From the NCBI GenBank assembly GCA_034226945.1, contig CP120464.1, forward strand, positions 124,001 to 188,000: a stretch of DNA of 64,000 nucleotides, given 5' to 3'. The translations under genes were made by a program, and so were the position numbers. The notes beneath the pieces were generated by a model, which did no database searches, had not been told where the DNA came from, and worked only from the letters and a program-made list of their open reading frames with translations. The DNA comes from Picochlorum sp. SENEW3. Lineage: Eukaryota. Shown in pieces: positions 11,231 to 25,439 of this stretch. Positions within the stretch are counted from its first letter, which is position 1, and each line of letters starts with the position of its first letter.

Positions 11231-11515
11231 ATGCCATGTACAGATAGAGACATGGACACGCATGCAGTGCTTTTGAACAAGAGACTCGTCATCACGGTGA
11301 TAGATGGGCGTATCGTAGTAGGAGATTTTATCTGTATGGATAAGCAGGGGAATATTATTCTGTACAATGCAGTAGAGCGTCTGGAGCAGGATGGGCAGAG
11401 ACTGGAGAAGGGATTGGGTCAGATATTGGTGCCGTATGCACAGCAGGATCGTGTCGAGGTGGAGGTCTGTCGTGGTACTGAAGATGAGGAATCGATACGC
11501 CGGCTTGTTGTATAA
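11231..11515 (+). CDS. NAA38: LSm-domain protein, NatC auxiliary subunit NAA38/LSMD1/Mak31-like
   Basis: Sm1 motif LLNKRLVITVIDGRIVVGDFICMDKQGNIIL and Sm2-like LGQILVP. Confidence 0.72.
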   Translation: MPCTDRDMDTHAVLLNKRLVITVIDGRIVVGDFICMDKQGNIILYNAVERLEQDGQRLEKGLGQILVPYAQQDRVEVEVCRGTEDEESIRRLVV

Positions 11516-11810
11516 AAAAGATGCCAACTCAATTGGCATTTTTTGATATGTATCTATTTATGGAATAATACGACGACAAGACCTTCTCAATCGTCTGGTT
11601 ATTCTTCTTCTTCCCTAGCGTAGAATTATTATTACAGTGTAATAAGTAATTATTTACGAGCATATATATGTGTCGTATGCGTGGTGTAATAATCACCATG
11701 GAAGGCGGTGTATTTGTTGAAGGATTTGAAACAAAATCAAACCCATGTAGATAACATCCACTTGGTTGTGATTTTCTATGGCTAGGAATTGTTTATAGTG
11801 AAAAATACTA

Positions 11811-14800
11811 ATGTCTTCAATATACAAGGAGATGGAGCGGGTGTTTTTGCACTCGCCTCACCGGGTGGTATCCACGTTTGCTGTATGTTCTTCTTCTTCT
11901 TCTTCCTTGGTTGTTGGTTGAATGAATGTAGCTCAAGGATGTTGTCATGATGGTGCAGGTGATCAAATGTACTCCAGTGGCACAGGGTCCGTATGGTCGC
12001 AAGTCTGTGTTGTCGAGTGGTAAGAAAGGGAGGAGTCAAAAGGATGTCACACAGCGGCAGCAAAGGGTGGTGCCTGGTTCAACGAAAAAGCCTCGTGTGG
12101 TGTGTATTACTGTGCAACGTAGGGCTGGTAGTCCTGGGTTTAAAGCGTCGCTTCATGTGTGTAAGAAGAAGAAAGGGGCGAGTAAAGAAGATGGTGGTCA
12201 ATATGGTGTTGGGTATGAGATTCGGAAGAGTTTTCGGTTGAAGATGGTGAGTGTTTTGGAGGCGTTTGGTGGAGCGCATCCGGTGTGTCAGGTGACGTTT
12301 TCTACACGAAAGTTGAGTGGAGGGGATGTTCGGGTGGCGTTTGAGTGTGTGAGTGAGGAGGAGCGGGCAGAGTTGTTGGGTGTGGTGTTTTCTTTTTGCA
12401 AGTCACATGAAAAGGTTGTTCCCGTGTTGGTTGGAGTGAAGCGAAGGGATTTGGGTGTGTATGGGGAGTTGTCGTCGTCAGAGGAAGAGAGCGATGAGGA
12501 AAAGGAAACGCCTGCCGTTGTGGATACGCAACAGAATGAGGAAAGGACGACGAGTAGCAGCATGGATATGCAGCCAACAATGCCTTCGGTGGCCTTGCAG
12601 CAGCAGGCAACGGTGAAACATGAAGAATCAAGTGGTACAGTACAGAAGAAGAAGACGTATCCGTCTTCTATCGTTGGTCGGAAGGAAACGGCGTATAGTA
12701 TGCGGGAGAATATCAGGGCGGATGTATTGTTGGATGCTGTGTCTGAAGGTGCCAGTTCCTTGGAGGATGCGTGTAGAAAAATATCTTCAGAACTTCAGGC
12801 GTTAGATGATGCGAATATTCATGAGCTGTTGGAGTCTCGAGTGAGGTCGAATAGGATACATGATGGTATTTTCACAACCTTGGGATGTTTGGATGATTTG
12901 GAGGAGACAATTGGGATGTTTGAATTGAAACTGAGGCATTTGAAAGACGATGTGGCGGTGATTGAGAAAAGTAGTGGGTATTTGGAGAATCATTCAAGGA
13001 ACAATGCGTTGCTTTTGGAAGCGATGAATTCGTTGTTGGATCATTGTACGCTGCGTCCAGAGGTGGAGCGGGTGTTGTTGGAGCAGGAGATGCGTGCAAA
13101 ATATTTTGATGAGATGCGCGTTGCCTGTGAGATGCTGCTGTCTAAAATTGATGCTATTCATGGTAAAAAGACACGAGCATCGAGGAAAAGTGGATTGAAT
13201 CCAGAGTTTGTGAATATGAAACTTGTGGAGGATTCATTGAAAAGGATGAAGGATATTGAGAAGAGGTTTTTGAAGAGGGCTATTGATTACTTTGATTCGC
13301 AGGTAGCTCCTGCTTCGAGAGAAACTTTGGATTCTTTCCAAGAACAGCTTCAATTACATGAAAAGATTGCAACATTGGCGCCTTTGTTGGGGTTGATAGC
13401 CATGGTTGATGCCGAGGCAGGCAAGGCAAGAGTGTACAGGTATCTGGAATCGACCAACAGTGGTCTGAAGAAGGAGGTGGAACGCTCGCTGGGTAGTTTA
13501 CAAGTGCAGCATGATATGACTGGAAATAAGTCGATTGGAAAGGAAATGATGAAGAGAGTGGAGTCTGCAACGGCATTGGAACGAATGCATTCAAGTCACA
13601 TGCAGAAGAATCGATATTCCAGTGATGCCTCTGTGCTGAATACTGATTCGAGTATCGAAGGTTCAGAAATTTCTTCGGCTTTTAGCGCATCTATTACATC
13701 GTTGATGCCTCGTATCACGAATGAGATTGCAGTGCTTGTTGATTTGTTGGATAAATCTGGGATTTTGATCCCTCATATATCTGCAGCAAGGAGTCTCGTT
13801 CAAGGCATTGGCCCTGAAATATCTCAATTTCTGTTGTCAGTCAAGTCCTCTCGTGGACTCAGTTGCCTTGATATTGTGGGGACGATAGAGTCATTCAAAG
13901 TTCGATTGCAGCCAGAGTCGCTTTCAGGGACTGTGATTTGTGAAATGTTGGCAGAGGTTTTGAAGGACGCAGACGCGTTTTGGAAGTCATTTGTGCTCGA
14001 GATTACTGAGGCTATGAGAAAAGCACCAAGCGCACGAAGCGGTAGCTCGATTCATATTTTCCCCTTTGTAGCCAACTTTGAATCGCTTGCCAATGCAATG
14101 GAGGCTATAGCAGCAGAGTGGGTTGCCAAGGATGGAAGCATGCTTGCTTCGTCCGATTCACAAGAATCACAAAATCCTGGTACAATATTGCCGTTGTCTC
14201 CTTTTCAAAGTCCTCAAGGCTCGGTCGAATTTGACATGGTGCCGCAAATATCTGCAGCTTCCAGTGGGAGTTTCTCACTTCCAACCAGCACGCCAAGTCA
14301 AAGGATTCGTCACATGGCAGATGAATTGTACGCAAAAGTCCTTCCAAGTATGTTTTCGGCAATCGAATCGAAAACAAGCGATCATGATAAACACAAAGAA
14401 CGGATTCGGCTTGAAAACTATGCATTTCTGAGAATTAGTTTGCAAGCATTGCCCATCAAGCAATCCAAGGTGCTGAAGCAGTACTGCACAAGAGCAGCAG
14501 AGGGGAGAAATGCCTCCCTCAAGGCATATATTCATTCAATTCTGGCGGAGAATGACCTTGAAGCACTCTGTGACATTCCTGATTCGCAGAAAGGCAAAAG
14601 TATTCCCAGCATTGATGTTGCGGTATTCCAGCCATTGATTGATGACTCTGAAACCTTTCAGTCCAAGCTAAGTGCGGTACGGAATCGGATCAAGAAGGAT
14701 CTTGGCGAGTCGGCATCATATCTTGTCAATGTCGTCTGGGAGCGTGTCGATGCAAGAGTTTTAAATGCCTTGGACAGTCTGGAAACTATGTGCTCAGATT

Positions 14801-14868
14801 CCTCAGTGACGGATATCCGCTCTGCGTTGTCCAGCATGAGATCCAGCCAGCTCCGCCTCGATAGCTGA
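11811..14868 (+). CDS. SEC3: Exocyst complex component Sec3/EXOC1 (intron 11883-11958)
   Basis: ELQALDDANIHELLES...LDDLEETIGMFELKLRHLKDD...NNALLLE resembles the plant SEC3 coiled coil, with C-terminal RLENYAF. Exon 1 MSSIYKEM...TFA|GTATGT joins in phase 0. Confidence 0.82.
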
Positions 14869-14927
14869 TAATTTATTTATTTATTGAGTTTGTTTCCTTG
14901 TAAAGCAGTCACTATTATGGTTTGAGG

Positions 14928-16316
14928 ATGACGGCAAAGGATTGCACCTCCTGCTGCAATCTTTGCAGGCTGTTTCAATCCCACCCTCAGTCTGGCGATG
15001 ACGACATTCTTCATTGCACTGGAACATGGAAAGATTTGAAAGGATATGGGAATGCTAATTCCGTACATGGAGTGCGCATTACATCGTACGAGCACCTTGC
15101 ATTGGTTGCAAGGTGTTCAAAGAACAAGGGACAAGAGCTAGGGGTGGATACCCATGTCGTATCTGAACAGAGTCTGAAGAAAAGGTTAGGCCTATTGGAA
15201 TATGAAATGTGGAAGAGGCGCGGATACGAGATCTGTCCTCAAAGGGACCATCATGCTGAGTATGATAGGGCAAAGTTTATGGAGTCAGTTGTTATCCCAA
15301 TGCTTGGTGCATGCCATGTGCCCCTGATGGTACGATACCACGAAAGTATGATTGACGCTGTGAATAATTTTGATGACATGAATACACGTATGCAGAAATG
15401 TGCTCGACTGCGAGAGATTGGTGCTGGCTCCACTCTGACAAAGGATGTCCTGCTCATGCCTGATGCAACCCTACTGGCGAGGGGACAGGCAACGTCAGAT
15501 ACAGTATGTGTCGAGATTAAGCCAAAATTTGGAAATATTTTGACATGTGATACTGTTCCACTACATGAGAGAACTCTAAAGCATACCAAGTCGAGATACT
15601 CACTGCACCAAATACTCAAATTAGAGCAAGGATCAATCTCCTCAAGGAGTGCCTATGATCCTCTGGATCTCTTCTCGAATCAAAAGGAGCGCATGGTGCG
15701 CGCTCTTATCGCACTTTTTGATAATCCTCAAAACAATCTGAGCGTCTTTTGTGGAGGGCACCGGTGTCCCTTGGATGATGTTCGTGGCCTGTGCAAATCT
15801 ATTGTTCAGACAATGTTTCCATCAGACACTGTGACATCTTGTGCCGAGGAAACACTGTCGATTATACTTGCAGAGATTCTTTTACAAGAAAATGTACTGC
15901 AGAATATTCTTACTATGCAAAATGCGTGTCAATATGACGTACAGGCAGTCGAAAAATTGGTAAATAGATTGGTGTCTCCAGATGTGGAAATCAGCAGCAA
16001 GACAGATGAGCCTTCCTTGGCGCTTGAGCGCCTCCTAACTTTTGAAAAAGAAAAGATTATGGATATAGTAGCGGACTACTGCATTGCTGCAACGGCGAAA
16101 GATTGCTCTCTGATGATTTCATTCTGCGCATCAGGTGATGCAACTACCAGACACCAGCCCCCAAATCCCTGTGGGACAGGTGCCATATGCACATCCTTGG
16201 GTATATCTTGTATGTATAGGATCACAATCGTAGATTTAGATAGAAAACCATTGGAGAAAATTAAAGCGCATGCCGCATTAGATAGGGAAATTATGCGTGT
16301 CAATTCAGCATGTTGA
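14928..16316 (+). CDS. IPK1: Inositol-pentakisphosphate 2-kinase
   Basis: GYGNAN, VEIKPKFG, YDPLDLFS, PQNNL, ATAKDCSLMISF, VDLDRKP: the IPK1 box motifs. Confidence 0.92.
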   Translation: MTAKDCTSCCNLCRLFQSHPQSGDDDILHCTGTWKDLKGYGNANSVHGVRITSYEHLALVARCSKNKGQELGVDTHVVSEQSLKKRLGLLEYEMWKRRGYEICPQRDHHAEYDRAKFMESVVIPMLGACHVPLMVRYHESMIDAVNNFDDMNTRMQKCARLREIGAGSTLTKDVLLMPDATLLARGQATSDTVCVEIKPKFGNILTCDTVPLHERTLKHTKSRYSLHQILKLEQGSISSRSAYDPLDLFSNQKERMVRALIALFDNPQNNLSVFCGGHRCPLDDVRGLCKSIVQTMFPSDTVTSCAEETLSIILAEILLQENVLQNILTMQNACQYDVQAVEKLVNRLVSPDVEISSKTDEPSLALERLLTFEKEKIMDIVADYCIAATAKDCSLMISFCASGDATTRHQPPNPCGTGAICTSLGISCMYRITIVDLDRKPLEKIKAHAALDREIMRVNSAC

Positions 16317-16346
16317 GCCTGCCCATTGGCATTGATGAGAAAATTT

Positions 16347-17504
16347 TCAAATATTTTGTACATGTAACACATAAAAGTCTGCTTGTGGAGCTATTTGTGC
16401 AACATTGACTCTCATCGTTCTATCATGCTGCACAGCTCCGCCTTCTGTTTCCAGCAATATGGCTGCTGTCATCTTGGTGTAGCACGGCATTCCATCAATC
16501 ACAGCATCTATAATGGCACTCTGCAGCGGCAACATGCTTGGATTATACGCAGCACTCTCTATATAACCTCCTGCATACACGCCTCCATCATCTGTCACAA
16601 TTGATGCGGAGGCAGGACATCTGCTGTATGGACAATAGGCATTTCTGCACTCCTCCAATGCAGCTTCTGCAGCTTGGACAAGCAGGGTATTCCCCGAGTC
16701 CCTCCATCCTTGAATCTGCTCCTCAGCTTGGGGAGAAAATTCTACTTGATTATTCTGAGGCAACAGCAATAACGGAGTCTCTGGATCTTCCAGCAAATCT
16801 GTCGGTTTGAAACGCATTGGGAGCAGCTGACCTAGTGAATACGAGCCATTGAAAAATAAAAACTTTATAGAGTCCTGCAGCAAACAATCACAGCCATGAT
16901 GGTCGCATCATTGACAAGATTCTCACACACATAGACCCATCGTACCGCGCAATTTAGTTCCGAGAAAAATTGCCTGCAATGTCCACAGGGAGCTGCGGAG
17001 ATTGCCAGCTTTTCAATCCGAGTCTCTCGATGATGCAATGCATTCACCAGTAGAAATTGCTCAGCATGCACAGAATTGTACAAGGGTAGATTTGCAAACT
17101 CAAGGTTACAGCCGACATATAAATTACCACTGCCCCCAATACCTATAGCTCTGCATTCATTCATGAACCATGAAATAAGGGTAGAGGTACACATCATGGA
17201 CGAGTCCAGCCAGAAAGACAACATACCCCACATGAAACGTCGAAATTGGCGGGCGTGCTAATGCCGATGCGGGAGTTATCAGCGATTTAATCAGCTCATC
17301 AGACGTCATACCCAGTTCTTCTTTGAGCTGTGCCACCCGCTTAGCAGGAACCACAAACTTTCCATCCAGGCCAACATGCTGGCTATCCTCTACTATGCTC
17401 TGGTCGTCCAAACCCGACCCCTTGTTCAGGTCGACCGTTACTGCATCTCGGCGGTGCACAACTAAACGTTTATTACCTCCAGATTCGTTTGAAACGCTGC
17501 ACAT
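16347..17504 (-). CDS. CDA: Homodimeric-type cytidine deaminase (introns 17151-17226, 16875-16945)
   Basis: ARPPISTFHVG|AIG...GCNLEF, HAEQ, PCGHCRQF zinc motif, LLPMRF, second domain AYCPYS...ESAAYNPS. Confidence 0.93.
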
Positions 17505-17827
17505 GCATCAGACGTGACGATCAAACCAGTGATTGCTAGGTCAAGGTAGTTGGAGAATTCTCAAACACGCATCGAACCTAATATAGTCCTCATGGGCATT
17601 AATTCGATACCTAGAGGTATTTGATGTAAATATTCGTGATCCCAGGCGGCTTTGAAGAACAGCAGGAGCCGAACCTTGTGCATACCCTGGCGAGGGAAAC
17701 TCACACGAGTTTGACACTGCCGACGGGATCGTCGAGCACAGCCTTGAGTAAAGACTCATAAATATATGAAATCAGAATTTAATTACAAACAAAGACACAA
17801 AACGAGAGACTGGTGCGTAAAAAAGAT

Positions 17828-20800
17828 TCATCCACGCTGGTTGACCAAATTTCGAAGTTGCAAGAGCAACGAATGATTCGTTTCCATGGCCTCCTCAAGA
17901 CCTTGCATCAGGCCTTGCGTTCCTTCAGATGTACTACTGAGAGCTTTGACGAAGCTGGTTGCTGATTGCTGACGGACGTGTCTGAGTTCGAGCGAAATGC
18001 GAGCCGCTCCCGATGGTCCATCTACCCAGTCCATGAAGGCTGCATCATCTTGCCACAAGGCTTCCTGCTCATCCAGGTTCATTGCATGGTCGACGACCAG
18101 GCTTATGTTTGAATCAGCATTGCCGCTCAGTGGACTAGTGAGATACCAATCTCGTATCATTTGTTTGGCTTCAACAGAGGTGATCTTGTCATCTGCTGAT
18201 CTCAAATGGGTGCAAAGAGCAGCCTCTGCAAGCCGTCTCTTGAGACGATTGGCAAAGAACTGTCTTGATGTTTCCCATGGTACGATTTCTTTGATGACTC
18301 CCTTTGCTTGCATTCGGACTGGCGTGTCATGCATTTGTGCGAATGATTGTGCTATGCCAGTGTAGATTGGCAGGAGTTTGGCCTCTCGTTCTTTCACCAG
18401 GCTGTGATCAGCTCCATGGCTGGTGACCAAAGCTTTCATCACAGGATCCAATCTGTGCATGGCGCTGATCAGCTCCTTGGATCTGAACTTGATTTCCACC
18501 ATTCCTTCTGGCTCGAGCACCCCACCATTTGCTGTGGTGGCAGCATAACTCTCAATCTGGTCGGGGTTGATCTGAGAGTCAATCACAACCCAAGCTCCAC
18601 CTCGAAGCTCGCACCCAGGGGGGATGTACATAAAGACTGGCTGACGATACGACCTCAAATTTTCCACAATTAAAGATCCGGCTTGCAAGACTCCTTCAAA
18701 GAGATCTCGCTGTCCGCCACTGAAGCCTCTCCAGTTTGCCATGACAAAGAGAGGGAGGCCTTCTAGATCAAATTCTTCCATTGCATGGGCAGTCTTCAGG
18801 GCAGAGTCTGGGAACCAGACTTGGCCAGCCTGTGGAATAGTCTTTTCAGAAGAATCCGGCATTCCTGGATCGGCAGGGATGTCGAGCATGACAGTGTCGA
18901 CTTCCACTGCAATGACGCCACAAGGAATTCCTCCAAGTCGGGCACGGCCTGTGACCACCGTTCTCGCCCATCCAGATTGACTTTCAAGCCAAGAACCACG
19001 ATCAAAGAGTCCAGATACCCAGCCACCTGTCGCCGCATCATCATATCCAGCAATAGCAGAACGAGGATTCAATTTTTCGCCATCTGCTGGCTTGTAGGCC
19101 ACTCTTCTGGTGATGGAGTCTGATGTTGGAAGTTTGGGAATCGTCTCGCCGGTACGAGAGGGAATGAATGAAATCCATTCGAGCACTTTCGTTACTCCTT
19201 CTAGATCATCGTGAACAATGTGGTGGGACACACCATTCGTGCCCATGATCTTTGGACCTCCCAATTGCATGTGGCTTGTGTATACCTCTCTGCCGAGCAA
19301 CTTGTTGAGAGCCGCAAATCCAGTGAGAATGATTGGTTGATCCTTCCTCTGGATGCAACGACGACCCAACCTGGCGAGGTATGCTCCAATACCGACAGTC
19401 CTTCCAGACACAAGAGTGAGAGTGAATCCCTCCTTGAATGCTTTAGAGTAAATACCAGCAATGGAGCCACTTCCACTCAAACACTCGACTCCAAGGCCAT
19501 CCTCGAGACCAATGATATCTGAGAGCTGATATCTCACTTCGCCTTCATCATCAATCATCTGCGCCTTGAAGGGTGTGACTCCAGACTCTTTTGCTCTTTC
19601 CAGTATCGAGTCATGGTCTTCTTTGGACAGATAAATGTATCTGAATCCCTTGGTAGGATCTTCGTTGTTTACCCATGCAACTTTCATGCATAATTTGAGC
19701 TCGTTAGCCAGACCAACCCTTGCACCACTATTAGCTGCGAGGTAGACAACTGGCAGGCGGTTCTCCAGTGCAAAATCAGTGGCAGCACGGAACATGGCAT
19801 CCTCCTTTGGACCAAATGCTCCAAAGGAATGGGTGATGTCATTTGCAATCGTGACAATCTGTCGTCCTTGAGGGTATTCTGGGGTATGCAAGGTCATTAG
19901 CCAGGCTACCACTCCAACCTTGTTGAGGTTAGGTGGTCTCTTCATGGGCACAAGGGGAGCCGATTCCCGGAAATTCAGCGATTCCTCATCACGTGGGACA
20001 AGTTCCTGTGCTTCAACAAGCTTTGACGTGGGAGGAACAGCATCGGGTTCTCCAGAAGCCGCCCTTTGGGCCCAGACTTGCATCAATGCATGCTCAAAGA
20101 CAGCTGGGAAGTCATAACAGTAGGTTGTCTTATGCCTACGGGCAGCCATTTGCTTCAACTGGAGCGTCTCCAAGGGCTCGTATGGTGCAGAAACTGGTAC
20201 ATTATTCATGGGACAATCGCCTGTAATCGCATTGTAAATAACGCGCGTGCCATCGGTGTGCTCCCTGTAAACATCGACGCAATCCTCTCCACTTTCGTGG
20301 CCAGTGGGAACCGAAACAATCACTCTCCATGCAGCCTTATCTCCTACTGTCCGAAGTCTCAGCTCCCATTGGGCGACTGATGAGTTTCTCAAACGAGAGA
20401 TATTATGAGCTGTCAATGTTGCAGCCGCTGCACGCAGCGCCAATGCCACTTTCATTTGGTCGCCCTCATCACCAAGTGCTACTGGGGCAATGACACTAAC
20501 GAAAATGTGCGCCCAGTCCGCTTTAGAGCCGCTCTCACCAATATATGCCGCTCTTTCAAATTCCGTGAGAGCAGACTCAATAGACGATCCCACTTCTTGC
20601 ATGGCAGCTTTAGCGACCGCTGCAGAGTTGCCACCGTAAGTTGCAGCCAGGAGGTCGGGGCGACCAAGCTGTCTGACAACGCCTCTTGCAAAGACCCTCT
20701 TCAGTGACATCATTTTGGCGCGCTGTTCTGTGACTGCAAAGAGATTCCATTGCCTATTCCTCGAGGATGTATGCCGAAGCTCTGTGAAAGACTGCAGTTT

Positions 20801-23800
20801 GTGCATCTCAAGGCAGTCTGCAGTTGGGGGCTCCATGAATCTCAGGACCGGAGACGATGAGAATTTCCTCTCTGCTTCGGAGAAGTAAACGACCGTTCTC
20901 ATGGGAACCATCTTTTCACCTCTGCTCAACAATGATACAGCATTGTATCCAGCGTCCAAAATCAAATTCGACAGCGAGTTCACCTTGGCCAGGAAGGCTT
21001 CATATTCTGGCACATCTGCTCTGGAGTCAAGAATGAGATGGAGTGTGCCCTTGTTTACCTCGGATTTCAATCCAGAAGATGCCTTGGAATTCATCAAAGC
21101 ATTAACCCCTTCCTCAAGCATGTTCAACTCCTCCAGAACAATGCCGCCACCAATGCAATCAGTAATCGAAGCATCTGCTGACTGCTTCTCATACACCCAG
21201 GATGCCATCGAAAGATTTCCATTATACACATCCATCTGAGGCTCAACAACAATATATGGATGGTAGATACGCTGGATATATGTCGTCAAAGCCCTTGACC
21301 TGAGTTCCAAGTCAGCATGGTCAGGGAGTAGGGAGGCAATCGCATCCTCCACAGCTGCTGGGGCCATCACCAGCATGTTGATCCTGTCCTCGATCTTTCC
21401 ATGGCGCATTGACGGAGACGCCGCAATATCACTCAAACCAGCAAAAAGGCCCTCATTCAGAGTTACTCGTCTGGCCACTCCTCCAGGGCTCACAGGCTCC
21501 TTTTCAGTAATGGCTTGGTCAAGGGTGACCTCATCTCCCGAGAGAGCTTTTGCCACAATCTTCCTCAATTCCCCGAGAAGAGACATCTCAAGCAATTTCT
21601 GGGCAAGTAAAACTAATGAAATCGCTTTTTTGTCCTGAAGGGAAGCCAGGTGTCTGAGCTCTTGGCGGTATTCATCTGGATGCTCCCTCACAAAGATTCT
21701 GAGAAGGGACATGATGAGATCATTCTTTGCCTTCAACCCATTGTGAGAAATAACAAGTGACACCACTGACTGTAAATCGCTAGCACTTGATTTTCGCATG
21801 GCGTCGATGATCTCTTGCTCTGTGATGCCCTCTGCTGTTTGGAATTGCTCCTCCACGGACAAGTATTTGGCCAACATTCCCTTGACGATGGTTCTTGTAT
21901 AATGCTCAGATCCCATTGCATGATTTCTAGCTACTTCAATCAAAGGCTCAAGAAGCTGCTCCAAAGCAGCGATATCCTCGGGCGGAGTTTGTGATACTTC
22001 CTGTGTCATGGTTCCAAGCAAAGTTTCCATGCAGCTTCTTGATATTGCATCCAGGTCGCCATGCTCAGCTTTCTCCTTCAGACCCTTGTTCAGATCGGTT
22101 GCGCATTCATCCACGATTTTCTCTAGAAGTGATGCCAATTTATGTGGTAAGCGGCTCGAAACAACTCCATATGCTTCATCCCATTGCAACAGTGGCAGGG
22201 TGGGGTCGCTGGCTGTTTCCCTCAGAATTGAAACAGTTGAATCGACAGGGTTCGGGTACCCAGCCAGGATGTTGTCCGCACTTGTAACTGACTCGTTGAA
22301 TCTCTTTTGCACTCCGTCAGCCCGTACGACTGGAGGTCCAACCTCAGGCCATTGTCCCGTGAATGGGGTTGCTGTCTTGACAGATGCAAGGTCGTCCAAC
22401 TTGAGGCGAGCAATGAGACTGCCTGGAGCCAGAACTGACCCTTCTGGAATCTCAAATGTTATCACTCCAGATGAAGGGCACGTGAGCTCCATAACCATCT
22501 TCATGACTTCAATCTCAGCATATGCTGTGTTTGCTTGGATGTGGGCTCCATCCTCAACCAAATACCTGATTAATTTCCCTGTGGACAAGGAGGTTAACTG
22601 GGATGGATCGTGCTCATTTGACAGTAGGCATGTGCTTGTTCCAATCAGCAACCGTGTTCCACTGGGTTCTTCTTCAGCATGAACAACATGAGAGACGCCG
22701 TCCAACTGGATCAGGAGTCCTCCATCATTCAATTCTCGTGCCACCACATCAAGAGTGGAGCCATTCAGTCGCATGGACAAACTCTGAGGACCAGTTCGAG
22801 AGACCTCCACAGAGAACTTCTCCTCATCAACAACAAATGATTCAACAGATGTGTTCATAGAAATTCTGGCTGGGGGAAGCTGCCCCTTCTCCAGGTACCC
22901 AAGGTACTCTATTTGTTTCCTGTTGAACTTTTGAGTTGCTCTCACGGCTGCACCGCATACAACAGACAAATGCCAAGGTGGGCTTTCTGTCGTGATTTGC
23001 TCTGCGATTCTCTTATCCAACCACCCGGTGTCGTGAGAATCCCCGACAAAATCACTTGTTTGTATCAAATCACAGACATAGTCAGAATTTGTTCGGATCT
23101 CCCCTCTGATTTTGAGTTCCTTCAACGCAACCACCATAGCACGGATAGCAGCATTTCTATTCTCTCCCTTTGCAAACAAATGGCCAAATTGAGAGTCAGA
23201 GAACTCATGGACCGAGCCACCTCCTTTGACCGAAAAGTAGCCCCACACGTCAGGAGTACCTCTGAAAGAAATCTCCTCAATCTTCCCGGCAGTCGGCTTG
23301 AACCCAGCGTTCGCATTTTCTGCTGTAATTCTGACAGCTACGACATGACCAGATGGCGGATTGCGGGCATTGAAATCTTCGAAATCAATAGGGTCAGTTC
23401 CCTCTGGGTCCTTCCCATACAGTCGGCGTAGGTCAGGGATTGCATGAAGAGGCACACCCTGTGCAATAAGCAACTGACAAGCAGGGATATTCACCCCAGA
23501 AATCCACTCAGTGACTGGATGCTCCACTTGGAGACGAGGATTCAATTCCAAGAAGCAGTACTCATCATCCTCCATGGCATAGAGATACTCAACTGTGGCG
23601 GCACCAACATACTTGACACTCCTGGCAAGGGAGCGGGCACAGCTTTCCATATGGTTTAATTTCTCAGCATGTGCTACAGTTACAGGTCCCTCTTCAACAA
23701 TCTTCTGGTGGCGTCTCTGCACAGAGCAATCTCTGCTGAATACAGAACATACATTTCCATGCATATCAGCCAACAACTGAACTTCCAAATGCCTGCTCCT

Positions 23801-24885
23801 CCTCGCGAGCTTCATGGCAAAGATAGGAGACCCTGGAACTTCTGCTTGCACTTGCTTGAATGCGTTGGGCACCTCATCCACATGCTTCACCATGCGGATT
23901 CCTTTGCCTCCACCTCCCCACGATGCTTTAAGCATAATAGGTGCATTGATCCTCTCAAAGCAGGCAATAGCTTCGGCCACATTATGAAGGCACGCCTTAT
24001 CATATATATCGTCCGGGATTTCGCCATTATCACAATCTTCGTACTGGATCATGACACCGTCTCCACTCCAAGGCAATGTTGGCACACCAGCTGACTGAGC
24101 CAAGATGGACGAGCCAATCTTATCTCCAAGCGCAGCCATGGCGTACTGCCCTGGTCCAATAAATCTCACGCCAGTAGGCGTATTACTCAAGAGCTCTGGC
24201 AGCTCTGGTTTCTCAGATGCATGACCCCTACATGACCAAGACACCGACATTAGATTACAGAATACTCATGCACACCATCCACACAAGCTGTCACGCACCA
24301 TCCAGGCCACACAGCATCAACTCGAGTTCTCAACGCAAGAGAAACGATCAACTGTACGTTGGCGTAGTTGTTCACATTGCGACCACCAGGAACTTCAATA
24401 AACTGGTCAGCCAGCCTGATGTGCTCTGCATCGGCCATCATGTCCTCTGGCGTCGCCATGGCGATCAGATTCACCACACGCTCATCTCCAAATCTTTTGA
24501 ATGCCCAATTCCTCACAGAACGAATGAACTTCACGGCAGCAAGACCATTGTTCGCAACAAGGACTGAGTGAACAGGCTTGTCACCTCCCAACTTTTCTAC
24601 CATGGCATCCAACGCCTCATACGTCTCTTTTGAATGCTTTGGAACCCCAACAGAATCCCTACAAACATCATAACATGTCTCAAATACATACCCATACTCA
24701 CCCGAAACCTACAACACAACAACGCACCCGTGCATATTGTCAAACGACATGGACAGGGAAATAGGCAATGCAGACTCTTGCTTCGCCACCACCTTCTTCT
24801 CCACAACACTCTCGACTACACTATCAGTATTCTTGCCCACTTGGGGCGATGCATCCTCTGGTACCATCTCCTGAGAGCGAGTCAT
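17828..24885 (-). CDS. ACC1: Homomeric multidomain acetyl-CoA carboxylase, probably cytosolic (introns 24659-24727, 24228-24298)
   Basis: VLVANNGLAAVKFIRS, WPGW|GHASE, GGGGKGIR, RDCSVQRRHQK, biotinyl EVMKM, CT motifs ANSGAR, ANWRGFSGGQRD. First in-frame ATG at 24885; start not certain. Confidence 0.96.
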
Positions 24886-25439
24886 GTCAAAAGTGGTCAA
24901 CTCTTCCTGTGCCTCCAAAGAAGAATTCCTTGCCACTCCACAGCAGGCTGGTAACAGTCCAATATTTCACACGTTATATTTCAATAATAATGTAATAGTA
25001 CAATCTACTACGTCGGTAGCAAATTCTACTACAAATCCGTGTCAGAACACGTCAGTGCCTCGAGTCAAACAACACGAGCGCACAAAAAGAAACAATGTTT
25101 TCCTACTGAATATCCAAATCTACGACACCAATAGATTTTAATTGGAATTGATATATCAGATATCCAGCGGTGTGGTAGATAATCACATCAGATGCGCGTA
25201 TTTTCTGATGAGAGAGTCGTTGACACTAGTTCGAGCCTCCCAGGAAAAGACAACGGCATGTTGATTTAAATAGTTTATTTACGGACTTTTTCACTGACGG
25301 TGACTGGGCATTCAATTCCATTGGAATTCTGATTCTTCTCAGCCTGATATTATCTACAAATACATTATATGAATGAATCAATGATCAGATGATGATGGCA
25401 GAAGTCCAGTAATTGTAAACTGCCAAGCATGTATTGATT

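Noticed and set aside
11868..11873. GTATCC as a possible U12-type donor in SEC3
   Set aside because: Not the full GTATCCTT, and a canonical in-phase GTATGT donor at 11883 gives a typical 76-nt intron.
17997..24094. Many 60-224 aa ORFs antisense to ACC1, and similar shadow ORFs opposite other genes
   Set aside because: Expected by-products of codon bias on the coding strand; no independent motifs.
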